DNA of 64,000 bases from NCBI GenBank assembly GCA_030141605.1, contig JAQGDQ010000694.1, positions 1 through 64,000 of the forward strand, written 5' to 3'. The position numbers and the translations under genes are program-made. The DNA is from Tubiluchus corallicola. Taxonomy: Eukaryota > Animalia > Priapulida. Below are positions 39,323-54,800 of the stretch, in pieces. The notes beneath the pieces were generated by a model. That model worked only from the letters and a program-made list of their open reading frames with translations, was not told the origin of the DNA and did no database searches. Positions within the stretch are counted from its first letter, which is position 1. Every line of letters starts with the position of its first letter.

Positions 39323-42300
39323 TATATATACATATGATTATATATATATATATACCAGCGAAATTAATATATACGAAATATAATAATATTAATTACTAAT
39401 AATCTACCTAATTTGTTATACGCTGTTATGCAGGTATTCACATGATTTATTCGTTACTTACACATGTGGGATGGTTATTACTAGGAAACAGAGTGGAATA
39501 TGCACAGCAAATAGCTTAGAGCAAAGCTAAAATCAAAGTGACAAAAACGAAGTCACAATCAATTAACGAAACTTACTGCATAGAACGATTATTATAATCA
39601 ATGAATGACAGGGGAAATCTGTTAAACTTAAAAATACGTTCCAAGCGCTACGAAGTTTAAATTCCCCCTCTCCCCAAAAATGGAACCTACCTTGTTTAAT
39701 CCTGCCCTAAACTGGTCACACTACAGGTAATTTCCTAATCAGTGCTTTTCTCAACTCTCGTCTACAAGGCTACAAGTACAATTTTTAAGTATATTGAACA
39801 GCATTTAAAATGTTTAGATTATCTTGCTTGGGAATAACTTAAATGCACACTCTAAGCAGTACCCCATTGAATTTAATGCGAATTTACCAAAACACAATAA
39901 GTTACCTTCTCTTGTTGATTTCTCAACGTACGCGTCATGTAACACAGCATGATTCAATTCAATTCAAAGGCAATTTAATCCTTAATGCACAGCACTACGA
40001 TCACATTAATGTAACTAGAAATTCTAGTGGACCCAGTGTGCAGTCGAACACCGTCTATAAATACTCATTAAAAAGTATTTCTCGATAATCATTTTTAATC
40101 TCGCCCATTTTCAGTTTTTTTTAGCAAACAAACGTCCAAGCAAGCGAACATAACACAATGCTGGTTCCGCGTTATCACCACCAACACCTCGAACACTAAA
40201 CTCTCGCGTCAGACTGTCCGAAACAAAACCTACGAGTTTTACAGCCACAACAGCGCTTAACGCTTTCTACATTCGAGAACAAAAACTGTGTCATGGGCAA
40301 AAATAATGTTATTTTGAAGCGACTACCCGGACTACAAGTTGTCGAACCAGTCAGCCAGTCGACCGGACAGGCCCCGGACGTGAAACCGAACTGCAATAAT
40401 ATTTACTCGAGTTGATAATTGCGTGTGATACCTCTTCTTCAGTTTAAACTCATTGTGTTAACGCAAGAAAAAATGGTGCTACTTTAATCCAAAGGCATCA
40501 AAGCATGCAGGATAAACTTCAGGATCTAAATAACAAATTTACATCAAAAGCCGGGCCTGCAGACAACATTCTGAAAGAACAGCATTTTTCCTTTCAAATG
40601 TTTGACAGGGGTGTTTCAAAATTACAAGAACAATTATATCAACTACTACAAATAAAAGAAATGAAGATTGTCTATTAAATACTAATAATAATAGAGATTA
40701 CAGTGATCCAGCCCAAAACTACTTTTCGCAATGATCCATTCACTGACTGAGCTCACCACTGCTTAACTTAAATCCCCAAAGCACGTACGGTACCACTTAG
40801 GTACTTGCCTTTGCGCCTCGTAACTGCTACATCGCGACATACAGGATCAAAAAATTTGATCAATCACAAAGGGGATTTTAAATATTAAAAATTCAGTGTT
40901 GATGATCAAAATGGAAAGAAAAACGGCAAAGACAACTACTAACGTCTACGGAAAAACTACGAGACAAACAACTGCAGGCCGTCCAATACTCAACAAAGTT
41001 GTAAACGGGCTAACTATTATTAGTGGCAAATTTGAACAACATCATTATTAGATGCAAATGTGAACAACATCATATATACCCTAACATCCCAATACCCAAA
41101 GACATAAAATCACTCTACGATTAAATTCCTCGAATACTTGCTGTGGGTCATCATATCAACTCAGAAAAGATTCCGGGGGTTATCAAGATCAGTTAGTTTA
41201 CTACAAACCCCCTACAGACAAACAAACAGGTTCTTTTGAATAACTCGCGTGTAAAAGCTGTAGAAATTAAATTATTTCTTCAAAGATAATGCACTTCCTG
41301 AGTATTAGTCTATTGTGCACAGCAGATACTGCCGTATAATATCAAATGAAAACAAACTAAACGATAATAATAAATTCTTGAGGAAATAAATCTCTGTAAT
41401 GGTGCAAGGGGCGGTGGAAAGGAGGCTACGCAAGTTTATTAAATAATATGAAAGTACAAGTCTCGCTCAGTACAGAACACTCAAATATGTGATTAACTAA
41501 CGTCTTTCAAACTTTTTGAATCCAATTTTTTTTGATTCGAATAATTTAGCACTTCAATCACATAATGTTCTTTGTCATTGGAACGATTGAAACATAATGC
41601 AATTAGCATAATTTGGCTGTGATTTCTGCGCACAATTTTAAACAAATTACTAGTCGTTTTATTGTAGAACAAAATCGAGTTATATGCATGATCTTTGTAC
41701 GACTAATTTTTACTGGTGGTTCGAAAATCTTTCAATCTCAATTCGAATTCGAAACGCTGAAGTTCGGTTCAATTCGAATTCGAAAGTCACAAATTCGATT
41801 CGATTCGAATTCGCTTTCTGGTAGAGAATGCTCACCCTTAGTTCTAAGTAAATATCTGCTTTGACTTGTAACATATAATATGAAATTTCTAATATTTAGT
41901 AATATAAAATAGTAACAGATGGCTCCATTAGACTGATTCATGTTTTTTCAGCTTAGACAGTAATAATGAGCAGTATTGCGAACTTTAGCTTGTTATTTAG
42001 CATTGTTAAGATAATATACATGTAATGAGAAAACTGGTATAATTAATTCGAATTACTTCACTTATTTCGAAGTGCTCATTAAACCATACGTACAGCGGTG
42101 AATTTAATTAAATACACAGTTGCCCATGGAGACAGGTTAGCGAAGGTCACGAAAAGGTGTGGTCAAAAGACATAACAGTCTACGTTAACATTTTAAACTG
42201 CCCATTAGAAAGCTCGAGAATGAATATAGATCAATAACCGGCCTACATGTATAGATTTCAACGATAAATGCACAAGCTGCATTTGAAAACACAATAGCAA

Positions 42301-42448
42301 AAACATATAAACGCCTAGCGAACAAAAGCTCTACAAAACACGGCGATATCTACCCACACAGATATAACGTTAACCGAAGAAAGGCAATTACCTACACGGG
42401 GGCACATGATTTAAATACCCTACCCAGTAACTATTCAAACTGTTTCAG

Positions 42449-43043
<595 letters not shown>

Positions 43044-43225
43044 TTTCAAACATACAGTGCCTACTGTACTTACAACTGATTTTTGAGGGAAAATGTTTTT
43101 GCCCTAAAGCAAAACAAAACTAGCATATCTGCACAACAGATTTGTTTCTGGGGAAAACGAATCTCATTAATGCAACCACAACAACTTTAGCAATAAAGAT
43201 GTACAATGCTGTTATCAACAATAAC

Positions 43226-43475
43226 CAGGGCCTATTTCTACCTAAGCGAGGCCCGGGGAAGTGGGGCGTGTGAGGCCTCCTCGGGGGGGGGGGGGAGGCG
43301 CCCCGCCACCATGATCAGAAAATGTTTGAACTGCTAGAACGCCGGAGAAGCATTTTCGAAGAGAAAATATGGAGTTATACAGTTTGTTCGCATAAAGTTA
43401 CCTCGGTGCGAGGCCCCCCTGGAGGGTGAGGCCCAGGGGAAGTATCCCCACTTCCCCCCCTTGAAATAGACCCTG
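43226..43475. mobile_element. hAT-type MITE
   Basis: TIR CAGGGCCTATTTC...GAAATAGACCCTG; perfect 8-bp TSD ACAATAAC (43218-43225 and 43476-43483). Confidence 0.88.
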
Positions 43476-44879
43476 ACAATAACCGTTGTTTTTGGTTGCA
43501 AAATTAGCATCTGGTGAACACTGTTAGAGGCAAATTTTATTACCGAGCGAGCTACTAGTTAAAAACGCCGAATTTTCTAATTTTTTATTTATTACGAATC
43601 AACAATAGTCGACTGACTATGCCATCGTTGGGAAGGGGAGACGCATCATGTGACACCACCCGCCTCATCATCGTTATCATTGCCGTTATAATCGCCACAG
43701 TCATCGTCGTCCGTCGTATAGCTTTATCAATGAAAATATGGATTAAACGGAAGTATAATTGTTGAAAAGTGATTGGAATCATAAGATTAGAGTTTAATAA
43801 TTATGTTCGTTAGATATAGTTTTAAATGCCTATGACACTAGGTCACAAAATTCGTTTCAAGGTCACTTATCTATTACAGGTGCTTGGACATTGAATACGT
43901 ATCTATAGAACTGCTGACTGGTCGAGTATTGGAAGAATGTAAATTATGGTATATTGGGGTAATGATGGCTACATTTAGATTCATCTTGTATTTGCATTGA
44001 TATTTTATAAATACTGTGTGTGTGTGTGTGCGTGCGCGCGTGCGTGCGTACGTGCGTGCGTACGTGCGTGCGTGTAATAGCTCACATATTCTATAAAAAC
44101 CCGGGTATTATCGAGTATATAAAAACTGAATGGCCTACATTAGCCAACGGCCGACATTACAACACTACAACGTAGATTTACTAAGGATCCATAATTCTGC
44201 TATTGCTGCACAGTGCTGCCATCTCTCTAGCGCGTAGAGCAACGTTCTTCCTAAACGCAAGACCACCGACTAAGTATAACAACATTAACAACTTTGTAAA
44301 GTACTTTATAACTGGTAAATTTTTATAAAAGGCGACTCGTTGTGGTGTCATGAACCTTACAGCCGAAGAGAATGTGATTCAGACAAGTTTATAGCGAGTT
44401 TAACAAGAATTAAATGCCTTAAGAAGTTAAAAAGAAATTCTTGAATATAAAGGTGTATCTACTAACTTGTTTGAGACTTGGACTAATGGAAAACATTTTT
44501 TTAGTAATCCGGCGACCTGCAATTCCAGCGTATATCAGCAGGTCAGAAAAAGAATTATTCATAAACGTACTTACACAAATCATGATACAATTTATTCTGA
44601 CTAATCAAATCATTTCATTCATTTATGCACCCACTTTATTGCTTGTCTTTTACAAAAAAATGCACCAAACAAGTCCAACAGAACGCGCCATAATTTCTTA
44701 AACAGACGACCAACAATTAAAGTGGCTCCATCTAGTAGTCAAGGGAGAAGTTTGGGTTTCAATTTTTACATAGAGGTGCTTGAATCGGTGAATCAGCTGA
44801 GTGTGAAGTAAATTACACTGGAAGGTGGTATAAAATTTCGAAACTGATTTATATGAGTTGAAAATTTTGGTTTATTTTT

Positions 44880-45430
44880 TAAGAACAGACTGCTACAAGG
44901 AGTTGTATAACATAGTGAATTCATACAATATTCACAGATTTATAGAAACAAGTGCGTTGGCTCTTCTACTTGGAAGAGGTCGCAAATCATTTAAATACAG
45001 GATAGGTATCTGATTCAGATCTGTGTGTTTGCAGTTTGGGCAGTCAAACCCCAGAACATTTAATTTTTCATTGTCCGTTACCATTGGTTAGACAAGATAT
45101 AAGAGTAAATCTTGAACGCAGCTTAGAAAATAATGACATTCGAAACATTTACAGAAAGAGAGACACTAATGTAATTAAAATGTATATAGATATTGTAAAA
45201 GAACTAACCCAAAATGATCTCATAGTAAATTGATTACACATTGATTATAAATATTGGATATATATTTAGAATAAGTAAATCGTAATGCAAAATTGTCAGC
45301 TTGTTTAGTAAGAAATTTATTTAATGTACATAGTGTAAAGATTTATTTAACATTTTTGTACTTTTGTGCCCAGCAAATAGAGGGCTTATAGTGTAATTTT
45401 CAATAAAGATTTTTAATAATTAATAATAAT
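44880..45430 (+). mobile_element. LINE 3' fragment with CCHC-type remnant and (AAT)n tail
   Basis: C..C...QTPEHLIFHCP motif; 3' end GCAAATAGAGGGCTTAT...TTCAATAAAGATTTTTAATAAT, whose reverse complement also occurs at 27960-28065. The left boundary is approximate. Confidence 0.65.
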
Positions 45431-46081
45431 TACAATACTAATATCGTGAAGAAAATCTAGACAGTCGAACGCTCGCGTGACAATGAAGATGTATTTACAA
45501 ACAAGCACAAAGCAAAGGCTTTAGATTCTAGTGAAAAATTCTGCTCAAATTCCAGCGCTTGCAGAATGAAAAAACTGGAAGAAAAACTTTAAATGTTCTC
45601 ACAAAATTCTCGGCCAAACTTTTTCATAAAAATTTATTTAATTTCACACACGTTGTTTGTACAACTTATAATACGTTCTGTGTCAAGGTAACTTAACAAT
45701 ACGCCACCCGTTTTTCATACAGTACTTTCAAAACACCATTCTGGATACAGCGGCTATGGGGTGGAGACATTAACCGCGCAATTATGGATAATAATCCTAA
45801 ACCTGTAACAGATAAACGTTCATTCTTGATTAATATTACCGACTGTCGTAAGCTCGCTTAATTCAAACGAGTTACTTTTACAAAATCATTAAGAAAATCC
45901 CACAATTTGGACAAACTGCACACCTCGGTTATAAAATCGACATTATTTGTACTAGGATTAAAAGATAATGCACGTCATTGGGAGGACAAGACGCTAGGGG
46001 GCACACATTCCCCATCCACATTTTAACACAATCAACTAAAGTTTCATAGAGAAAAATCAATAATATTGATGCCAAGGTTAA

Positions 46082-46530
46082 CCCCTTCATACCCGTTGTA
46101 TCCCATGGGATGCGAAAATATTACCTGCCTTTAAAATTAATGAAATTTTAAAACTGACAGTTATTTGATCTGTTAATACTTATTTTGATTTAAGCCAATA
46201 ACAATAGACTAAAAATGGTGATAAAATGGCAAACTACAAAATCTACATAGCATAAAAAACTGAGCAAGGTACAGTACTTTAGAGATGACTTTGTACAGAT
46301 CAGCATAAGATGCATACTAAATGTCTTAAATACTTTAAAAAATTATCAGCAGTTGCAAAATGAAGCAAATTTTATGCTTCCATTGAATCCCGTGGGATAC
46401 GGGCTATATTTAGCACGCGGGCACAGGTAGAAAAAAATAATTATTATAAACAAGATGGACATACTGAACAAAAGTAGCAAGCCAAAAAAAATTTTCTTCT
46501 TATCAAAAAAATAATTTGGGACTGAAAGGG
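46082..46530. mobile_element. piggyBac-like MITE, copy 2 (opposite orientation)
   Basis: TTAA|CCCCTTCA...TGAAAGGG|TTAA; reverse-complement match to 20626-21090 over its length. Confidence 0.85.
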
Positions 46531-47548
46531 TTAAACCTCAGCAGTTAACTATAGAACAGTTTTGAACTCAGTTGTTAGATGCCACCACCATTCACAAATT
46601 TTTGCACATATATGCATTTTATACTGTACTCATCATACACCAGTTTCTATCATCTAAAATAGTTCTATCTACAGCATACACTGCCCAGCTGAGAAGGACA
46701 AAGCATTATTTTGATTCAAGACGCGTGTTGAAAAGAGTATTTAATCACCAATTAGTATTTTCCAGCAGTATTAAAAATCGTCAATCTTAGCAATTAACCC
46801 AGTTACTGATTGTTCGTAGACAATAAATTACAAAAGAGACCACAACACCATTTAAAAGTAAAAAGCGGTCCTACGGCGGATTTGGATTTTATAAACACAC
46901 AAAATTTGTACTTAATTACGTTACATGTGTTATCCTACATGTATGTCTTGTTGCGCCTAACTTGCGAACACATTTTTAGAAATCTCCAACATCAACATCG
47001 TACTATTACGCGTCTGTACATTAAAACATTGGTTTTTTTGTATATATAACAATTTCTATACAATAAAAATGCTTGTTTTTTCTATATGAAATCTTTATAG
47101 CAGTGTATCGTGAACTGAACATTTTCAGCTGTTCTGCAAAATGAACGTATAATTTTGAAAGCATGTTAGATTACTCACGCGACGTATTTATGAAAAAAAA
47201 CAACCTTGGAAAAGTTAGCTATGTGAACTGCGATCGTTAAGATTTAGGTGACAGCATGAATAAGTAATGAGTATGTCAGTGGGACGGACGTCACAAATCA
47301 GTATGCTCACCCCATGGCCTTATTCGTCTTTTCTTTCACATACAAACAAGCTCATTCGCCATATGTGCCAGTTCTTAACAAGGCCTTACAAAACGTGTTC
47401 TCCTTGCAAAAGCTTTTAAACTGTAAGCGGCAAATGAACAAACACGTACAATGTATAGAGATGAAAATAAAAAGTGAAATGTCATTAGAGAAGGCGGCTA
47501 ATGATATAGGAGCGCTAATGAACAGGTAACTAATGAGACCACCCACTC

Positions 47549-48092
47549 AAAACAGAACACACACAGGCCTACATGTACAGTTGCTGGCAGATACGACACA
47601 GAAACAGTTAGTACAGTATGCATATATGGGCTATCACAATTTACAACATTAGGGTTTTAAATAACGATTACTGACGCCATTAATTTTTTACATTCAATCT
47701 CGCCGTCTGATACACACGACTTAGACGACAACGAATGACAGCAAATGACGTTTTTTTTAAATTCAGTGTAAAGCGATCAATTCAGCCAGCAGCTCTGAAA
47801 CAGAATACACACAGGCCTACATGTACAGTTGCTGAGCAGATACGAAACAAAAACTTTTAGTAGAGTACGTATATATGGGCTATCACAATTTATAACATTA
47901 GGGTTTTAAATAACGATTACTGACGCCATTAATTTTTTTACAAATAAAAAACAAGTCGAAGTCTTACATTCAATCTCGCCGTCTGATACACACGACTTAA
48001 ATGACAACAAATGACAGCAAATGACGTTTTTTTTAATTCAGTGTAAAGTGATCAATTTAACTGGATCAGCCAGCAGCTCTGCAACAGAATAC
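47549..48092. repeat. Imperfect tandem duplication (~250-290 bp, two copies)
   Basis: ACAGGCCTACATGTACAGTTGCTG...GGGCTATCACAATTT...CGCCGTCTGATACACACGACTTA occurs twice. Confidence 0.88.
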
Positions 48093-48355
48093 AAAAACAG
48101 GAGGTGCAAGAAACTGCCAGACTTGAATCGGCAAGTGGGACACAACTGAAGCGGTATCTATTTATTTTAAGCATATCAGTTATTGTGATTAATTGCTTCC
48201 TTCGGGAAAGAGCTGAAGCCAAGCGGAAGCCACGTAACCACTTCCGATTGTTCTCATTAAATGTTGCACGCAGAGAAGCTCACAATCATTCTCATTAAAT
48301 GTAGCAGTAACTGACCACAGTTTACATTTAATCACACAACAATGACAATAACAAG

Positions 48356-48814
48356 CAGGGTTCCGACTGATTTTTAAAATAAATTTTCCTGACTGTTCCA
48401 TGACTTTTCCCTGACCAAATATTGATTTTTCATGACCAAGATAAGCAGCAATTGTATTACCAATATACATATTCAAACATTTTTGTGTATTGGCATTCCT
48501 ACGGATATATAATGTGTCGGCACAGTTCCAGTACTGCTAACGAAATTAAACTATTCACATTAAATAAGCTTTCTTAATCCAATCATTATTTTTGGAACAG
48601 AAATCGAAACTGGAAACCTGCCATAGCAAAATTTTCTTCGAACGCGAATCGTTGAAAAATATGTTGAGAAATATTCCCTGACTTTTCGTCCCATTTTCAT
48701 CATTTTCCCCGATTTTTTATCGAATTACCCTTTTCACCGACTTTTCCATGTCTTTCCAAGATAGCCTGTACTTTCAAGGATTTTCCAGGTTTTTTCCTGA
48801 CCGTGGGAACCCTG
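48356..48814. mobile_element. TIR MITE (hAT-like)
   Basis: Ends CAGGGTTCC...GGAACCCTG with repeated subterminal TTCC(C/A)TGAC motifs; no clear TSD. Confidence 0.6.
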
Positions 48815-50844
48815 AGTGAATAATTAGTAATGAAACTCTTTAACTCTTTATAGGTAGTGCTGCTGAGGTACTGGTATTGGTAAATGCTGGTACTAAGCGA
48901 CCTACGACCAACAACAATTCTAACTATTTTTAAAATTTCGCTCCGGAGTTCCTCTGCTACACGATGACTCAAAAGAGGCAAGATACAGTATGTACATATA
49001 GGTGTAAAATCGCTAAAAGTTTGACACCAACAAAATTCTCAGAATCATAGACTCAACGACATATTTGTTATTTGGTTCCTCGTCTAATTGCCATTAAAAA
49101 TAGCGAAGAAGTTTTGAAACATCCGGTGCAAGCTATAGCGAACGACAAACAAGCTACCTATTAACTTTGTAACGGAATATGAGCCGATGGCATCATTTGA
49201 CATCATAGTGAGAATACAGCAAGTTATAAAACATGTATCCTGTGTCCCTATAAATAAAGGCTTTGAATTTGCTTTGTACGCGCAGTGTAACATTGCAATA
49301 AATGTATAGTCCAAAAAAACGATTTATTACAGTAATCTGCTGTTCACGTTTACATTCATGCACATACAAACTTGGAAACAATTTTCGATTAGAAAGAACA
49401 GTAAGCTCTGCACTAGGATATCATAAATAACGCTTGCATTATTACGGTAGTAAATCCAACGCTGTAATCTTTTAATTATATATGACAATATTGATTATTA
49501 AACGCGTCCTGCCGTAATTCACAATCACAGCTGCTCCCAGGTGCCTATTATCGTGCTCGTATATAAATAAAAGATAGAGGCGGTTACGTAAAGTTTGCCA
49601 ACCATTCTTCTGACAGGGCACAGTAACAACGGAGAGGAAGTGACCAGTGGGGAAATTATCCCTGTTGAGCAAGGTGAGGTCATTGCGCCAAAGCAGTGGG
49701 CAAGATGACCACTCGCGAAGTAAATACAGTTGCTAAAAACGAAACGAAGTGTGTTTGGTTAGTTAAAGTAAGCTTGCCCAGAGTAAATAGGCCGTGTATG
49801 CTTTGGTCAGCGGGATAGTCTCGCCCCTGCTGAGCCTGAACTAAGAAAATTGGGCAAACATATCCGAGAAACAACAGCTCATATCGTGCTCAACGGAAAC
49901 AAGAATTTGATACAGAAAATTACATTCGACTGGTAACATCATGATATAGGAAACATAAACACTAGTTCAGGGAACAGCTAGGAAACTACGAACCAGTTGG
50001 AAAATATCTGAACCTTATGAACCTTTTCCAAAAACAATTGAAGTACAGGCAAGTGGCAACTAATACCGAAATCTAAAACTGCAACCCACACAGATACGCA
50101 TCTCTGGTCTTCAGTAAGTTTATAATTTCGCGGAGATTCTGGGGGCGTCGCGGGGCCACTCTTAAACACCTCAAAGCCCTAGTAATTTGCATATCGCCTC
50201 ACAATCAGGGTCACCATAGCGTCAGCTATCAGCAAGATAAGAAAACTTGTGTGTCTTGAATTGCCGCATTCTAGTAAAACTGACCAGAGGCGGTTCTTCT
50301 ATGAAACTTCCCAACCTCAAAGCCCCAAATGCCGAGATGGGCTTCAAAAGTGATGTAACTTTTCCCACGAGTCGTTTATGAAAAATTGTTTCGTGTAGTT
50401 ACTGTAGTATGCATTGTCATAAGTGTAAGATATACAAGATTACTAGAATAGACCTACACTGTGATCCTGGCTATGTAATGTAATGTACGTGTTATGTTAG
50501 TTTTGTAATGTCAAATATATAAATAGTGTAAATGTAATGAGTGAAATTTATGTAATGTAAAGCACGTTTCTGTTAATTGTGTCATGTCAAATGTACATAT
50601 AGTGTAAAATATGCCATGTAAAAATTAATGTACTTTTGTAATATTGTTTTGTAAAAATATTTCAATATGGTGTTTGTAAATATGTTCATTTATTGTATAT
50701 AATTAGGCCTTAGTTTTCCACTTTAGTTTTTTTTTTAGTATGCACTGGACGCATTTGTCTTGAACAGTGTTGTTATCTTAACATTACGCTGAGGCTTACT
50801 CAATTTTATTATAATGAGTGAACCATTTTAATGACAAATAAAGA

Positions 50845-50881
<37 letters not shown>

Positions 50882-51187
50882 TTTTATTTTATAGTATCGT
50901 TTATAATTTTATATATATTTTACACGTAGTTCGCGCTCAGTAAATTTAATGAACTTGATCCAACCAAGAACAAACCTAGTCATTTGTGGTCGACTGTTCT
51001 CCTTATCTGCCGCTCCTCTATTGTGAAATCAAACACCTATCCACACTTGACAGTCAGACTCACTATCTATTTTTAAAATACGCCTACAAATGTCTTTATT
51101 CCAAAAAGTTTTTAACTTGTAATTACTTAATCACATGAATTTAAATTGGATTTAGACTGTGATTAAAGCAGAATGTACTGTTTGCAT

Positions 51188-51880
51188 GGGCCATTCTCCA
51201 CAGAACGTACAATTTTTGTCCCAGGATAATTTTTTTAAATAACAAAGTTTCTGGTGCAATACTGTCTCATGACTGGTAGACACTAAAGAAAGAGACTTAT
51301 TCCAGTTGTATTTGTTGCCAGAAAAGTGATTTGGACATTTCTACTGAAGCTGAAATCAGTTCCTGTGAAAGTTTTTCCTATGTCCCCAGTGCCCATTTTA
51401 AACTTTTCCATTAAGTTAGATTTGGCAGAAAGTATCAGTTTAAAAATTAATTTGCAGTATTTTATTCGAAACAGCACACTAAAAGTGAAAATCCTCTTCC
51501 CAAATACTTTCAGAACTAGCAAATATTCGTGTTGCTTAACTTCATGTGTCTCCGTGTTCATGTGTCATTCCTGTTACTTTGGTGGAAAAGCTGAGGCATG
51601 TACCACTGAATTGACTCTATTGTTTTAAATATGACACTGCTTGGTATTTATAGGTTGTATTGCACACCTCATGTCTGCAACAGTAATGACAAAAGTAACT
51701 ATTCAGATAACTTTAAAATGGTCATAGTAAATTTTTACTAGTGTTTTAAGCTCTGTCAGTATCCTTTTTGTATACAAGGGAACCTTATTAATAACAGGGC
51801 AGAGTAATTTTAAGAACATCTTTCCAGTCCTTTGGCAGATTTTTTCACATCTGTTTTGCACGTTCGGTAGAGGATGACCC
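51188..51880. mobile_element. TIR MITE with apparent 4-bp TSD
   Basis: Imperfect ~25 bp TIR GGGCCATTCTCCACAGAACGTACAA / TTGCACGTTCGGTAGAGGATGACCC, flanked by GCAT on both sides. Confidence 0.6.
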
Positions 51881-54800
51881 GCATAATTCATCTATGTTTC
51901 TTGTTTTATTGTAGTGCATAATTTTTAAGCCTTCATGGTGTAACACACTTTTTTTCTAGTACTGTTTGTAAACCCCTAGACTAGAGCATTTTATGGATTT
52001 GAAGCTAATAAAGTATTATTAAATTGTTATTATTATCATTATTTACTCCATCATTCCACTGTTCAGAAATGAAAAGTTCCTTCACAAACTTGTACTGTTC
52101 ACACTTTGGTAAATCGACAGTAATGAGCTCTAAACTGTCGACCTTATAAAATAACTATTAGTTAACAATCCGCTGTTTTACCAAGATTAGCAAGCACATT
52201 ACGTCAAAACACATAAAATATATGTGATTTATATAACCGTCAAAATTAAATATTCAATATCGATCGATATCGAATGAATGTCCAATTCCATTGATCCATC
52301 TATGTTGTGGAATATGTGCTATCCGATAAACCCTCTTGCTTGAATTAACATTTGACCGGGTCAGGAAATTTAAATTTAAACTTTAAGCAGCTTTAAACTC
52401 CTTCCGACAACGTTAAAGTATGCATACAAAAGAAACACTCCCCACCTGAGGCAATCGCTGTTAAATAACTCTGACCTATTACTAATTTGGCTATAACTAG
52501 ACGATGATACACATGATAAATGACGTTAACAAACGTGTAACTTTTAGTATTTGTTAGTCCATTTAGTGAAGTGAGACGGAGTATGTAAACGCTGAGATAC
52601 CAAGTCTTTCCAGTGTTTCAGTTTTCCAAATTTCAAAATAAAAGCCTGTGTTTTTGCATGAAATTTCTTTTAAATTTCATGGCTTTCCTTATTGTTAATA
52701 ACGCAGACCATTCTCGGTCAGTTTTAGTTATTTTACTAATCATAAAAATCTCTACAAAGTTCACACCCAGTCACAATGGGAGAGCTAATTTAAAATTCTT
52801 CAGGCAAACGTAAAATGGAAATACACGTATTGAAATTTGGCTGTAATATCATGCAGTTAAAATTAACGTTATACAGCAAACACCAAGCCAAATATAACAA
52901 TTACATAGTTTCAGCAGAGTTTGTATGCCACAAAGTTAACTGATTAGTGATTATGTAAAGATTGCCTAGTAGTTTCCTGTACTATGACAAAGAAAACTGC
53001 AACAATTGACGCCGAGTTAATCCACAGCCACTAGTCTACATTTTAGAAGCGAGCGGTCATGAGTGGTCCTCGACTCGCATTCAAATAAAACAGTTAGTAT
53101 AATCTAGAGCCGAAGAGAAAGATGCGCGGCTGCTGCAGGCTTCAGCGCATCACTGTCTGAACGCCTTAATCACCGAAAGGAACACGGTTGTGGCAAAAAA
53201 AGGGATAAAAATCACATAATCACGTAAAGTATTTATAGTTTGCATTTTAAAGTTTTATAGTTTAAACTTTAAAGCTTCAAACAGTGAAACTTTGAAACAG
53301 CTCTTGCCCTGACGTCTTGACACTTTTTCGTTATTTAATTTGCTGTTTGTTACGCGCAATAGTTATTACCTGGGAGGTATAACAAGTACACAATTATTAA
53401 CTTCTGCGCAGCGGTAATTTGATCGTATATATTCCTCCATAAATCAAAATTAATAATTATGAAATGGCGCCAATTCTCAGTCATAATAAATTAGCCTTTT
53501 TACGCTCTCGCATAAATCAGCAAAAACGGGTGTCTTAAATTTAGAATAATTAGAAATTGGAAGTGGTCATTACGCCAAAACAATGAATTGCACAGCAGCT
53601 TACCAAAACAAAATTTATATCTTTTTGTAGCCGGGCTATGCTAACATATGGGTATCACTGTAGACAACACAAAATGGCCATTCAACAAGTCAAATGTTTG
53701 GTAAAAGCAATGTCTATCACTTTTCAAACGCCCTCTGTAAAAAGGCGTGACGGGGCGCTAACTAATGCATGCCCTAATACCAGGGCTGTAGTACTAATTT
53801 CTCACGGTGCCGTTTCTCCAAATTGATTTCGCAAATAACCAGGAAGCTTTCAACAGAAGCTATTGAAAATCTTTGCACAAGGTGTGGAAATCTGAAGAAA
53901 ATCCCTAAAAACCTCTAGGCTGTTAGAGATGCCGAACAAATAGGCCATCGTCGCTGGAAAATGCGGTTTTCTTGTACAGCTGCGGTCATGTGACTAGAAA
54001 CTGGCACGCACCTTTGCTATCTAATCAACCTGTTTCTGGGCAAGGATGAGGGCTGAGAGGTGTGTTGAAAAGATGGTTCAGCCAACACATAACAACACTT
54101 ATAGTATTACTTTATCTGAGGTGCCATGATTAAGAGGTATTATTATGCTAACTATACAATGAGAACGAGAAAAAACCCTTCTACAAAAAAAGCTTCGAAA
54201 TTGAGTAGGGTTTTCACAGAACAATGTTCTAAAACTTCTGTGGCTACCATTGTGTATAAATGCGCCAACCCTATTCACGCGAGTAGATTTCTGTTAAGTA
54301 GTGCCGTCGCGTTTTTAAGTTTGAACATTTTAATTCGCATGCTGCACGATATTTCAAATATCACCACCCCAAGTTATGTATACTGCAGGTAGCCCCAAGT
54401 GCTATGTACACCGTCAAACAATAACAAAATAATTAATGCGCTGCAAACTATATAAATTTCATACATTAAGCAGATTTTCAAAGTGTCCGCGTTTTGACTT
54501 TTAGTATATACTCGGTGCCCACCCACGGTGACCCGCCACAGCACCGCCCTCCATCGGAATTTGTTGCCGGCAATCTTTTCTCAATCACTACTCAGGCAAA
54601 AGGAGAGTACAATAACAGATCTATGATAATTGCGAAACTATCACAATCAACTTCCTTTCACTAATCATGGCTACCAGGCAATTTCTCTACCTTTAAAGAT
54701 GCACAAGCTTTTACATTGAACACCATGACTCATTGCATTATCCCAAATAAAATAATAAAGTCGTTCGCTTCATGGGGTAAGGGTCGTTTCAAGTGAAAAA

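Noticed and set aside
40803-40840. Possible alternative first exon (ATG TCG CGA TGT ... on the minus strand)
   Set aside because: The available donors are weak or give the wrong phase for exon 2, and I recognise no homology.
41740-41840. Cluster of TTCGAA palindromes (heat-shock-element-like)
   Set aside because: More simply explained as subterminal repeats of a decayed MITE end; no promoter context.
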